Shown one piece after another: positions 11,875 through 24,510 of a stretch of DNA of 45,531 nucleotides. A program made the translations under genes and the position numbers. Every line of letters begins with the position of its first letter. The first letter of the stretch is position 1. The stretch is from Octopus sinensis (Eukaryota), in assembly GCF_006345805.1 (NCBI RefSeq), contig NW_021834831.1, forward strand, positions 1 through 45,531. The letters run 5' to 3'. The notes under the pieces are model-generated. The model did not search any database, was not told the origin of the DNA, and saw only the letters and a program-made list of their open reading frames with translations.

Positions 11875-12330
11875 AAAGCTGCGTGCTTTCAGAATCATCA
11901 GCACGCCGAGCATAATGCATAGTGGCATTTCATCCGTCTTTACGTTCCGAGTTCAAATCCCACCGAGGTCAACTATGCTTGTCTTCCTTTTAGGATCGAT
12001 AAAATAAGTCCCAGTTAAGCAATGGGGGTCGACGTACATGACTAGTCCCCTCCCCCAAAATTCCGGGCCTTGTGCCTTCAGTAGAAATAATGAGTATTAT
12101 TATTAACCTAAAAAACGAGCGAGCTGGTAGAATCATTAGCACGCCGGATGGAAAGCTTGTGGTATTTTGCCTGTCGCTACGTTTTGAGTTCAAATTCCAC
12201 CGAGGTCGACTTAGCCTTTCATCTTTGCGGCATCGATAAAATAAGTGCCAGTTAAGCAATGGGGTCGACGCAATCGACTCCTCCCCCACTTCCCTCGAAA
12301 TTTCTGGCCTTGTGCCAAAATTTGTATCCA
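11875..12330 (+). mobile_element. Two head-to-tail older SINE family A copies
   Basis: Each has agaatc.t.agcacgcc...gagttcaaat.ccaccgaggtc...gataaaataagt.ccagttaagcaatgggg; both are preceded by ttattattaacctaaaaaa. Confidence 0.85.
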
Positions 12331-13429
12331 TCTTTAGCAATTCATAGAACTGTACAAAGCAAGGGAAATTTCTTTTACAAAATGCTATTTGTTTTGGTTA
12401 ATCATATTTCCTTCTTCCATGTGGTTATCGTAGATGACTGCGTAGTCAAATGAGAAAAGATAATAAATATAGCGAAATTTTGCAGTTGATAGCACAGTAA
12501 TATTTAGTTGCTTCCAGTGATGCAGTGAGGGGTTTTCATAAATAAATGCACTTTTAACAGGGTCAAATTAATCAACTTATATGAGAAAGCAGAGGAACAA
12601 TTGAATCCTTTCGACCCATCCTTCTACGCTTCGGGTTGCTTCCTGTGTCAACATGAAAGCACGAGCTTGCAAGGGAGCATCTTCGCAGTCGATCTAAATG
12701 CTAGAAATAGCAAGCAAGTCAAATGGAATGTCACATTGAGCAATATGACATTTATACACAACCTGAAAAGAAAAAAAGCAGGATATTCGTGACTAAAGCA
12801 CTTTTGATCATAGGCATGTAAGTTTAGGGTTGCTGATCTGGGGCTGTACAACAACATTTCACGCAACAAGATTATACCAAAACTATCATTTTGCCTTTGT
12901 AATAGGCAAGGGCGACCTTTTACGAGAAGAAGGCCGCATGGCTCATCATGCGGACTGCATTACTAAGAAGAAAAGAAAAAAAAGGTTATCTTTTGTTAGG
13001 CGTACCATTTACAAAGTACTGCAGGTCGCAGTTTGCCCATAGTTGCTTTATCGCCATTTTCAAATCGACATGATGATGTTTGTGCCAAATTAGCCAAAAT
13101 AAAGCAAAAACGAAAATAATTAATCATGAAAATAAGACAATATTTGCCTTTTGGCCGTCTCCATTCCTAGACTCTTGATGAACAATTACACAGGCCAACA
13201 GCAAAAAAGGAAAAAAAAAAAAAAAAAAGAAAGTGGTGTCAAAAGATTTGTGTCTGAAATAAGGTACGTTTGACACACAGACATTCAGAATTCAAAAGTG
13301 ACATCCACTTATTACCATCTTGTCAAGATTTTAAGATACTGGATCCAGAGAATTCCAATGCTTTTTGAAAGAAACAGCTTCTGAGGAACAAGGCATCACA
13401 TACAAATATACATAGAATTTTTTTTTTCA

Positions 13430-14320
13430 ACAAAACCAGGATGCTTTCGTAAAATTCTACAGAAAAATGAGTAAACATTTCAAAATTTTTACAGATCATC
13501 ATTGTTTATGCCTAATTTCCCATGAATATGCGTTTGAATAATTTTCTGGAGTGCTGAATCTCAAGAAGATCATTGCCAAGTTCCAGCAATAGTCTGGCAT
13601 CATATGCAACTCCCATCCGTCTTGATACTTTTGTTCCACTGATTTTATTTCATGATGCAAAAGCTCTCCTTGCTCGTCACTTGTGTTACCAAGACTTTTT
13701 AGAGAATTTATCAACGTGACTGTGAAATAATTCAGCTTTATGCTCGTATTTGCTCCCAACGTACGAAACTTCTCCAGCATATCGTTGACTATTTCGGCAT
13801 AGTTGGATGTGTTTTTTGCCGCCCAGAGTCATTTACAACTTATTATAAATGAATTCCATGTTGCTGCTTCAATGCAAATCATTAAATACACAAGATCTCC
13901 ATCTTTCATCAATTTTCTGATTTGAGGCCCATCAATTACTCCAGCTTTTATCTTTCCTCTGCTCAGACCGGGAAATGTGCTGCAGATATAAAACACTACT
14001 CATCCTTTATCCAGAGCTTTTACAAACTGCTTCGTAATGTCAAGTTTGAAATGAAGTGGAGGTAAGATGTTTGAACTAAAGGTTCTTGAAGCACGTTAAA
14101 AGAACCTGGAACAAACATTTTTGATGCCACCATTCTTTGATTACCCAACGTTTTTCTCTGACTCTGCTGTCCCACATACTTAAAAAGCATGGATATTTCA
14201 CAAGTAAGCAATGCATTTTTCCGAAAACTGAAGAAGACTGCGAAAATTGGTGGTTTTGTGTATCTTGATATCTAGACGTGATGGTAAAAATTGATTCCAT
14301 TTTTGGATTCAGTATATCAA
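13430..14320 (-). pseudogene. Degenerate DNA transposase, Chapaev3/CMC-like
   Basis: Relics KYPCFLSMWDSR, LHFKL..TKQFVKALDK, KIKAGVIDGPQIRKLMKD and SDEQGELLHHEIK..EQKYQ..W..MMPDYCW; multiple frameshifts. Superfamily label is from recall. Confidence 0.65.
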
Positions 14321-14321
14321 A

Positions 14322-14347
14322 TACTACTACTACTACTACTACTAATG

Positions 14348-14445
<98 letters not shown>

Positions 14446-14662
14446 TTATTATTATTATTATTATTATTGTTGTTGTTGTTATTGTTATTGTTATTGTTGT
14501 TGTTTTTGTTGTTGATGTTGTTGTTGTTGTTGTTGTTCTTCTTCTTCTTCTTGTTATTGTTATTGTTATTATTATTATTATTATATTATTATTATTATAT
14601 TATTATTATTATTATTATTATTATCATCATCATCATCATCATTATTATTACTATTATTATTA

Positions 14663-14720
<58 letters not shown>

Positions 14721-14983
14721 GTTGTTGTTTTTATTATTATTATTATTATTATTGTTATTATTATTATTATTATAAGCTAAGATTCTGAGATTGGTATTTG
14801 GATATTAAATGTCTTCCACGATAATTAACAACCAAGTATCAAAGCTTATAATACGCGGAAAGTGACCCTAAGAGTCCACTGATTGCAGGCTGCTGTCGGC
14901 TCTCACAGAATCTACCGGCACAAACAAGACCGAACGTTCTGAGAAGTACAAGAATAACAACAACAACTATAATAATAATAATA

Positions 14984-15050
<67 letters not shown>

Positions 15051-15184
15051 ATATTATTATTATTATTTTATTATTATTATTATTATTATTGTTGTTGTTG
15101 TTATTGTTATTGTTATTGTTGTTGTTTTTGTTGTTGATGTTGTTGTTGTTGTTGTTCTTCTTCTTCTTCTTCTTGTTATTGTTA

Positions 15185-15220
<36 letters not shown>

Positions 15221-15253
15221 TATTATTATTATTATTATTTATTATTATTATTA

Positions 15254-15310
<57 letters not shown>

Positions 15311-15581
15311 TATTATTATTATTTTATTATTATTATTGTTGTTGTTTTTATTATTATTATTATTATTGTTATTATTATTATTATTATAAGCTAAGATTCT
15401 GAGATTGGTATTTGGATATTAAATGTCTTCCACGATAATTAACAACCAAGTATCAAAGCTTATAATACGCGGAAAGTGACCCTAAGAGTCCACTGATTGC
15501 AGGCTGCTGTCGGCTCTCACAGAATCTACCGGCACAAACAAGACCGAACGTTCTGAGAAGTACAAGAATAACAACAACAAC

Positions 15582-15612
<31 letters not shown>

Positions 15613-15635
15613 TAATATAATAATAATAATAATAA
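14322..15635. repeat. Compound trinucleotide microsatellite within a about 614-bp tandem duplication
   Basis: Unique about 190-bp block at 14774 repeated at 15388; (AAT)(ATT)(GTT)(CTT) pattern duplicated. Confidence 0.92.
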
Positions 15636-16191
15636 ATGCCCTGATGCAGTACCAGGCAGTGGCTCTCATGGCTTCTGATCTTAACTGATTGGAAGTGTTA
15701 TCATGTACATTGTTTTGTCTTGGTATAAAATATGGGCTACAGCAAATATTCTGCTCAATACCACAGATTTGCTTGTCAGTTGTTTGACCTTAACCAGTTG
15801 ACCATGTCCCTTAGTGGCTGATGATATGTGCATCTCTGATCACGAGCAGAAGTATTTGGGGAGCATCATAGCCATGTGTTGAGAGGGATTCTTTGGGGTT
15901 TGAATAAATCACCTCTGGAAACATGGGTGTTACGTTCAACATCCTTAAACAACCCTTATTCAGGGACCGTTTGAGCGGGATGGGCTACTCAACCTGAAGA
16001 AAATTCTAACTGGGCCCCACCTGCAAGGTCATGTGCTGTTTATCTTGATATGAGATCACCATATCGCGCACATATGTTTGTGATGCATGTGCCTGGTGTA
16101 CCTTTATCAGACGGGTAGTCATGATGGGTATATTGGGCTTCGTATATTTTACCCCAGTGTCACTTTGATGGCATGAACTGCTCTCTCACTC
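15636..16191. mobile_element. About 555-bp non-coding element embedded in (AAT)n
   Basis: Complex sequence with sharp boundaries, flanked on both sides by in-phase-orientation (AAT)n; no ORF or TIR seen. Confidence 0.6.
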
Positions 16192-16235
<44 letters not shown>

Positions 16236-16799
16236 AAATCAGGTAAAAACATCCAGACAGCAAAATACTTGTTGGGTTGTGTTATAAATGATCCTGGAGT
16301 CAAAAAATGAATCCAATGGCTCTTTGTAACAATCCAAAAACAATTCTACAAAATATGTTTTGCTAATAACAAAATGACAGGCAAGGCGGCGACGACAATT
16401 TTTAAATAATAATTTAAATCTTGCTAGAAGCATTGACTATTTAAGTTTTAAGTATGAATTTATTGCTGCTTCTTTATACAATAAACTGTTAAATCTAATC
16501 TAAAATGGACATTTGTTTAATACCAGGAATTTTGCGCATTTTCATTTTTATATCCCTCAGAAGCACATCTGTATGCGATTTAGCGTCTTTGGGAAATGTC
16601 TAAATCTGAGTAACAGCGAGACAGCGCTAGAAAAATGCTTCAGTTTCTGATTTAAGGGGGGAAAAAAAATGGAACTTTATGACATCTATTGAGTACTTTT
16701 CCTGGTATTTATAAATACAACCACACACACACACACATTAATGTTGATTTTTATGATAAGTTATATTAACTTATATTAATAGTTATCGCCAAGCTAATA

Positions 16800-16951
16800 T
16801 GGCAGTTTCCGTCCCTTAATCCACTCATAAGGCCTTGGTTGACGCGGGGCTATAATAGAGGACACTTGTTCAAAGAATCACATAGAGAGACTATACCCGA
16901 AACGATATGGCTGGGAAACAAATGTCTTAGTACACAGCCAACGCTTGCGCC
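16800..16951 (-). mobile_element. SINE family B 5' fragment
   Basis: cagtttccgtc...aatccactcataaggccttggt...gacacttg matches family B in reverse. Confidence 0.75.
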
Positions 16952-17317
16952 TATTCTTACCAAACAACCATGTCTGCTTGTTCTGCAAGCAGACGGGAAA
17001 AAATAGGGATCTTAGAACCATTTGTAGAATGTTTAATTCAGTATAACACTGGCGTCTTTTGAGGAGCTTTCCCAGGACGCTATACCGCGGCAAATTTGGC
17101 ATATAAACAAAACACTTAGTCTATATATGTGCGACTGATGATGCTTCCATTATCAGAGCTGCTTTTAATTCGCTACGCCGCAGCACATCAGCAAATGGAC
17201 TTCAATCTATTTGCATGTAAGTCATTGACCTGTGATTCATCTTGTTTTGAGATGATCCGAGTACGTAATATTGATAAGGTGTTGATAAGCCGCAACAATG
17301 GCGAAATATCGACGCGT

Positions 17318-17742
17318 AGGCGTAACTGTGCAGAAAGAAGCTTCCTTCCTAACCACATAGTTCCAGGTTCAATCCCACTGTGTGGCACATTGGGCAAGTA
17401 TCTTCTATAGCCTCGGACCGACCAAAGCCTTGTGAGACGGAAACTGAAAGAAGCCCGTCATGTATATACGTGTGTGTGTTTGTGCCTGTGTGTGAGTGTG
17501 TGTATGTTTGTACGCGTGGTTTCGTGTCTGTGTTTTACCCCCACCATCGCTTAAAAACCGATGTTTGTGTGTTTACATCCCGTAACATAGCGGTTCGGCA
17601 AAAGAGACCGATAGAATAACTAGGCTTAGAAAGAATAAGTCCCCGGGGGCGATTTCTTCGATTAAAACCCTTTCGGGAGGTGTCCCAGCATGGTCACGGT
17701 TAAGTGACTGAAACAAGTAAAAGAACAAAAGAATAAAAGAAT
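17318..17742 (+). mobile_element. SINE family B, diverged full copy
   Basis: Head, ttgggcaagtatcttc, internal TG repeat and tgactgaaacaagtaaaaga tail. Confidence 0.88.
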
Positions 17743-17845
17743 CTACCATTCTCGGCGAGTTCGAGACGAGCTGTCTTGCCTGGTCTGCGACATTCAGGTA
17801 TTCTCTAACACTCGGCATTGTATAGGGAGCTTTCCTCGGACGCAA

Positions 17846-18359
17846 AATTTTTTCCCACGTGAGCTCCGGATCCTAGTAATGAATTTATTTGCATACAGCC
17901 GATCAGAGATCAACTTGGCCTTGTTGTCCAGTTAACAAACACACTCTACCGAGTAAACGCAAGACGATGAACGGTGTTGTAAGTCGACCGATCGCCAAGT
18001 TGTGACTGATTTTAGAAGGAGATTTTAGAAGGATTTTGTTAGGGTCCCATATGGAAAAGATCTGGATGGAGAAAATGTGGGTAGAGGGTGATGTGCTAGA
18101 AACCCTCTCCCCTTACTGTTTTACAAAGTAAACAGCAACACAAATAGCCACGCAGAGGCAGCTATGGTTGCAAGAAGAACAAGAAAAACAAGCATTACTG
18201 AAAGAGAACAGTAGCAATGTCATTCCTTGCCCAAGCGACTTTATCTTATCGCCCTTCACTTGTTATGCGCTCATAAATTAGTTTGATAGTTGAGCTTTGA
18301 TTGGCTGTATGCAAATGATTTCATAACTGGGGTCCGGAACTCTCGTGGGGGAAAAAATT
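17846..18359. repeat. About 70-bp inverted repeat pair (17846-17915 / 18288-18359), probable DNA-transposon relic
   Basis: aattttttcccacgtgagctccggatcc...tttgcatacagccgatcagagatcaact pairs with the right arm. Confidence 0.7.
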
Positions 18360-19004
18360 GGCTCACCGGACGCTATAACGCAGCAAATTTGATGTATAAA
18401 CAAAACACACACTTTGCATGTACGGCGACCAATAATGCTTACATTGCTAGAGTGAGGTCTTAGTTCGCAATTTGATATGTACACCATAGTTATCAACTTG
18501 TAAAGTTCTGTAATGCTGAGCTCTAGACTACGTTCCAATCCTTAAACTGAGCTATCTGGAGAAGCAAATTTCTCTGCAATCTCGTTCGTAAAACTAAGCT
18601 ATAACGCACATACACACAGCGAGAAAGAGAGTGGTAAGTGTACAAATAAGAGAAAACAGAAGTCAGTACATAAAGTAGTATACAATTCTATTATTTTATT
18701 TATAGCTAGCTATAAAACCAGCTCATTGACTGAAGGCCCCAGGACACTTATCAAACACCTCTTGACCCCTGACTCACTGATATTGTTTCACTTATAGCTT
18801 TGCGCCTATAAATAAAATAATATCAATCTGTATATGTGTACATATGCTCGTACATATACACTCATACTTACACGCACCTGTAGGTCCACCGAAACACACT
18901 GAGATAAGGAGGCCTTCATGTAGTCCCCAAATTGGCTAGAAATAGTAGTCAAATTTCCTTCAACAAACACATTATTGCTTTAAAAGAAGGATACATTATT
19001 TTCT

Positions 19005-19215
19005 TTTTGATCTTTCATCCTTCAGTTGTTTCAGTCATTGGTCTGCGACCACGCTGGGGCATCAGCTTGAAGATTTTTTTTTCGAACGAATCGACCCCAG
19101 TACATATTTTCTAAAAGCTTGGTACTTATACGATCGGTGTCTTTTGCTAAACTGCTACGTTAGGTGGACGTAAACAAACCAAGTGGTGGTGGAGACTCAA
19201 AGACACACATAAACA
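19005..19215 (-). mobile_element. SINE family B 3' half
   Basis: tgtttcagtcatt...aatcgaccccagtac...ggacgtaaaca. Confidence 0.75.
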
Positions 19216-19538
19216 CACTCACATACACACACTCACACACACACACTCACACACACACCACACACTCACACATGTATGTGTATATATATGTGTGTGTGTG
19301 TTAGCATGTGTTTATACACACACAACACAAACAGCCATATGTATAAATTAAAACAAGGATTCAAAATCCTTTTGAAGGGATGTTGGCAACCAAGTTCCCC
19401 GGTTTTATCCAGTTTATCAGTGAAAAAAACCAAAGATGTTAGTTTCGCATTCATAGACATGGATATATTACCATTTTTGTATGAGAAAAATAAAACGGAC
19501 AAATTGAAATATAGACATTAATTTATCAGAACATAATA

Positions 19539-19679
19539 TTAGGTTGTCCCAAAAGTTCGTAAACACTTGCGAAAATTGAATTTTTACTCGCCAAGTACTA
19601 ACAAAAACAACAAAAATTATTCCTCAAAATAAAGACCATTATTTTCCAAGACTTTCTACGAACTTTTGGGACAACCTTA
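19539..19679. mobile_element. 141-bp mariner-type MITE
   Basis: Perfect 21-bp TIR core AGGTTGTCCCAAAAGTTCGTA / TACGAACTTTTGGGACAACCT, with TA at 19537-38 and 19680-81. Confidence 0.9.
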
Positions 19680-19965
19680 TATATTGGTTGCTGAAAGGCA
19701 CATAACTGAGTCTAACAAGGGTTAAACAACGCATTGGAATGTAGATCCTTTCTATCAAATTCTTCCCCTGACGAAATGCCCAATTAAAGATATTAAAAAA
19801 AAAAAATTCAATTTGATTTCTAAAGTTGAATTAGTTGGGCATGGTATAGGTACAATGGATTTGATAGTGTTCAGAATTGAATGTGTTCTCATAAATTAAT
19901 GTCTATATATCAGTTTCTCTGGGTTTCTTTTTTTTTGTTCTCATGCAAAAATGATATATATATAA

Positions 19966-20182
19966 GGCGAGCTGGCAGAAACGTTAGCACGCTGGGCGAA
20001 ATGCTTAGCGGTATTTCGTCTGCCGTTACGTTCTGAGTTCAAATTCCGCCTAGGTCGACTTTGCCTTTCGTCCCTTCGGGGTCGATAAATTAAGTACCAG
20101 TTACGCACTAGGGTATATGTAATCAACTTAATCTCTTTGTCTGTCCTTGCTTGTCCCCTTGTGTTTGGCCCCTTGTGGGCAA
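19966..20182 (+). mobile_element. SINE family A monomer (young subtype)
   Basis: GGCGAGCTGGCAGAAACGTTAGCAC...AATAAAGACATA; imperfect flanking duplication aaaaatga.atatata. Confidence 0.92.
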
Positions 20183-20212
20183 TAAAGACATAAAAATGAG
20201 ATATATAGTATA

Positions 20213-20700
20213 TAAGGTTTTCAAAAATATTTCATCGTTCTCGATACAATCAAGGAGATCTCGTGCAAATGAAACCCGAGTGTCTTTTTGGTCAGCTCAA
20301 AGCAATTTTGGCTCAAACTTAGCAGACACACGTCTCATCCCCATATCTTCAGTGATAATAGACTGAACTGAGCCGTAACTAATCAGCACGTCCTCTGATA
20401 TCTCACGGATGGTTATTCGATGATTTCTCCTCGCATCTGCACGCACATCTGCGATATTTTTCCCAGTCCTGCCGGTTCCGGGTCTCCCACAACGTTCGTC
20501 AATATCGACATTTTTTCGGCCATCTTGGAAACGTCTGAACCACTCGTACACTTGTGTGCGGCTCATACACTCCTCTCCATACACTTTCTGTAACTTTGCG
20601 TAGGCCTCTGAGCAAGTATCGCCATGAAAACTTTCTCTGTCATGGTCAATACGACGATCACACGCTACACACCTTCCTTCCAAACAGTGCTGTAAAAAGC
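20213..20700 (-). pseudogene. mariner transposase N-terminal HTH fragment
   Basis: MSRTQVYEWFRRFQDG, ERCGRP, RITIREISEDV.ISYGSVQSIITEDMGMRRVSAKFEPKLL; catalytic domain absent. Confidence 0.9.
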
Positions 20701-21354
20701 GGAAGTGAGCTACAACGCTAAAACTTAGTGCTCATGCACAAGGTGACAAATTACAAACACCATACCTTTGTAATTCTAACGTCTTTTTAGCTTTTTTTTT
20801 TCCTTTCCTTAATTTTTGCTACCGACGAAAAGTTTTTGACAACCCAGATTCTTAAAATGAATTTATTGTCTTCCTGTATGAAACGATCATATACCTACAT
20901 GGATAAAAATAATTTCAATCCATATTAACATCTAATCTCTTCCATTTACATAAAATATGATTGAATTTGTTGAATTTTGTTTCATAAGTTAAATCATATA
21001 CTTAATATACTTATATAACTTTTCATATCTATGCTAATTTACACCAGTAAATTAATGTAAAGTATGAAGAAACAACGTTAGAAATCTTTTGGAAACTACT
21101 CCAGTTAAAGGACGAATTCACATTCAACCCTTTTAAAAATATATATATCTACGGATATATATATATATATTGTCTTACGCCCAAAAAAGCCGACCCATGG
21201 AATAACAACGCACCACACACCTTGTGAATGTTCGATATACAGTATATACATGTATGTATGTATGTATGTATGTATGTATGTATGTATGCATGTATGTATG
21301 TATATATATAGAGAGAGAGAGAGGGGAGAAAGAGAGAGAGAAAGTGAGAGAGAG

Positions 21355-22277
21355 AGAGATACAATTGTATAGAATATAATTATACTTAAGGGGCACAGAA
21401 ATTACCATGCCTATATGCTGAAAATAGACGTCAAATACGTCCAAACACTAGATATTCACACAGATTGAAAGCGGGAAAGCCAACTGACTAAAAATCCATA
21501 AAATAATTCAGATAGTCTTGGATTGATCAATTTCTGGATTAGTTTGGTAACTTTTCTTTCATCAGGAAAACATTTTGAACGAATCCAGATATTGATCAAT
21601 CCAAGACTATCTGAATTATTTTATGGATTTTTAGACAGTCTGCCTTCCAGCTTTCAACATATGTATACCGTAAATCCTTAAGTATTGTCCGCCCTTGAGT
21701 ATAATACGCAGGGGATTTTTAGGGGGCTGTACCTCTGAAAAACCTTGTATAATACGCACTCCTTCTCTAACTTGAGTCGTGTGTAATTATGCCAGTAGCA
21801 CCTAGTCGAACAAACACTTCCGCGCATGCATAATACAATAATGGTGATGTTCTTAACTGTTATATGGGAATGTAAATATGTTTGCAAATTGTTTTTGTTA
21901 CATGTTATTCTGTGTTCTAAATACTTTTATTTGCTTATTGCAAGTTATGGATGATTCTTTTATGATTTCATTGATTTCAGGCTTAGTTTAAGGTATTTTC
22001 ACGCCCGACATCACAAAATGCGTCTGAATAAACATTGCCAACAGCAAATAGAGACTCGGACATTGCTTAGAAAATATTTTTCATCTTTAACCTCGTATAT
22101 AGTACATACTAGGGATTTTGACCTTTAAATTTTTGGGGGAAAAATGCGGATTATACTCGAGGATTTACGGTATGTGGAGTGAATATCTGCAGTGGTTGGA
22201 CGTCTATCTTCAGCATATATCTATGGTAGCTTCTGTGCTCCTAAGTATAATTGTATCCTATACAATTATGTATCTCT
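21355..22277. repeat. Long inverted repeat (about 185-bp arms) with the right arm split by a MITE
   Basis: 21488-21540 pairs with 21582-21634 (1 mismatch in 53); the outer left arm 21360-21460 pairs with 22173-22275. Confidence 0.85.
21668..22170. mobile_element. pogo/Tc2-type non-autonomous element
   Basis: TIRs CCGTAAATCCT.AGTAT..TCCGC / GCGGATTATACTCGAGGATTTACGG, flanked by TA on both sides. Confidence 0.88.
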
Positions 22278-22410
22278 ATTCTTTTGTTTCAGTCATTTGA
22301 CTATGGCCATGCTGGAGCACCGCCTTAATTGAAAGAAATCGAGCCCAGGACTTATACTTTGTAGCCTGGTGCTTATTCTATCGGTCTCTTTTGCCGAACC
22401 GCTAAGTTAT
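22278..22410 (-). mobile_element. SINE family B 3' fragment
   Basis: tgtttcagtcatttgact..ggccatgctggagcaccgcc...gccgaaccgctaagtta. Confidence 0.85.
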
Positions 22411-22504
22411 GTATGTATTCCACCTAAAAGGTTTTTTTTATATGCTGGCCACTGATAAAATTATTTAATTTTAATGATTTTATCTTTTATGTTTATTTAT
22501 ATAT

Positions 22505-22633
22505 GAGTGGCTGTGTGGTAAGAAGCTTGCTTCCCAACCATATGGTTCCGGGTTCAGTCCCACTTCTACTATAGCCTCGGGCCGACCAAAGTCTTGTGAG
22601 TCGATTTAGTAGACAGAAACTGAAAGAAGCCCG

Positions 22634-22666
<33 letters not shown>

Positions 22667-23300
22667 TTCAGTAAAGATTTAGATTCAGTTGAATATGGTA
22701 CTTAAGTTAAAGGCAGCAGAATTTGGCATGGTATTATCCATATAATTCAAAATGGGGTGATTACAATCAAAATAAGCAGCAAGGATATCCAGATGAATGT
22801 TGTTGATGAAACTTGTTCTTTGTCTACCTACTTGCCCTCTTTGTGATTTTGGTTAATAGAATAACTATACAAATGAATACTTTAAATTTAACTAAATTCT
22901 AAATGTTTATGCAGCTGAAGATTGCTCTACATTTTAAAACTGATGTAATATTTGCATTGTTCAATTAAATGGAGTCGCATGAAACGATAGTACTGCATTA
23001 CCTCTGGATATCCTTGTTGCTTATTTTGATAATATATATATATATATATTTATATATATGTATTTTTGTGTTTGTGTTTGCCCCCCCACCCCACACACAC
23101 GCACTTTCGCTTGACAACCGATATTGGTGTGTTTACATCACCGTAACTTAGCGGACAGAATAAGTACTTGGAGACCAATAGAATAAGTACTAGGCTTACA
23201 AAAAAAAAAAAAAAGAATCCTAGGGTCGATGTGTTCGATTAAAGATGGTACCCCAGCATGCCAGCAGTCAAGTAACTGAAACAAGTAAAAGAATAAAATA
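22505..23300 (+). mobile_element. SINE family B split by a about 365-bp insertion in its central (TA)n
   Basis: 5' half 22505-22636, 3' half 23060-23298, foreign DNA at 22664-23030. Confidence 0.8.
22909..22998 (+). ncRNA. Type I hammerhead ribozyme motif with long stem II
   Basis: AUGCAG CUGAAGA [U UGC...GCA U] GAAA C gaua GUA^ CUGCAT: perfect 6-bp stem I, intact core, 2-bp stem III; first pair of stem II is U.U. Confidence 0.78.
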
Positions 23301-23409
23301 TATATATATATATTTATATATTATCAGTAAATCATAAATCCGAAAAAAAAGCACACTCTAAGTTATAGAGTAGTAGAGCATATAGATAAAGATCTCTCAC
23401 TCTCTCTCA

Positions 23410-23440
<31 letters not shown>

Positions 23441-23449
23441 CACACATAC

Positions 23450-24510
23450 ACGCGAAGTGCATTCCAGAAGTTTTTAGAATATTTTTTCGGACAGGCATTA
23501 TAAATGTCATAGATTACTGTAATTTCAGTCTATCATTACTATGCATCTAAAGAGCTGACCTGCTAACTTTTGTTATCCCAGTTGTTAGGAGACGGCTGCA
23601 AACAACACTTTGAAGCCACTCTACAAAACATTACTTATCACAGCTGACTAGTTTTCAGAATGCAGTCGAGACTGGCAGCGAACTGGCAGAAACGTTAGCA
23701 CGCCGGGCGAAATGCGTAGCCGTATTTCGTCTGCCGTTACGTTCTGAGTTCAAATTCCGCCGAGGTCGACTTTGCCTTTCATCCTTTCGGGGTCGATAAA
23801 TTAAGTACCAGTTACGCACTGGGGTCGATGTAATCGACCTAATCCGTTTGTCTGTCCTTGTTTGTACCCTCTGTGTGTAGCCCCTTGTGGGTAGTAAAGA
23901 AATAGGTATTTCGTTTGCCACTACGTTCTGAGTTCAAATTCCGCCGAGGTCGACTTTGCCTTTCATCCTTTCGGGGTCGATAAATTAAGTACCAGTTACG
24001 CACTGGAGTCGATGTAATCGACCTAATCCGTTTGTCTATCCTCGTTTGTCCCCTCTGTGTGTAGCCCCTTGTGGGTAGTAAAGAAATAGGTATTTCGTTT
24101 GCCACTACGTTCTGAGTTCAAATTCCGCCGAGGTCGACTTTGCCTTTCATCCTTTCGGGGTCGATAAATTAAGTAACAGTTACGCACTGGGGTCGATGTA
24201 ATCGACTTAATCCGTTTGTCTGTCCTTGTTTGTCCGCTCTATGTGTAGCCCCTTGTGGGCAGTAAAGAAATAAGAATGCAGTCGAGACGTGAAATAATAT
24301 GGAAGCTCGCTATGCAATAAAATTTTCGTGTTACATTAGACAAAAACGCTACAGAAACTTAAAAAGTGCTCTGGTCTGTTTATGGATTAACTTGTATGAG
24401 CCGTACGTTTTTCGCAGGCACTTGAGGTGAGACAGAGATGGACATCAAAATTGTCTCTCACCCTCCCTACTGTCCAGACTTTTCTCCCTGTGACTTCTAG
24501 TTTTTCTCAA
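23450..24510 (+). mobile_element. Internally deleted mariner element hosting the SINE trimer
   Basis: After the SINE: MEARYAIKF, NATET and YGLTCMSR relics, then IKIVSHPPYCPDFSPCDF (YSPDLAPCDF relic). Confidence 0.7.
23673..24272 (+). mobile_element. SINE family A trimer inside one 16-bp TSD
   Basis: One full unit plus two 184-bp head-truncated units; AGAATGCAGTCGAGAC at 23657-23672 and 24273-24288. Confidence 0.95.

Noticed and set aside
12600-12780. Minus-strand splice acceptor (TTTTCTTTTCAG) and possible exon
   Set aside because: No convincing reading frame or downstream donor; cannot be supported without RNA data.
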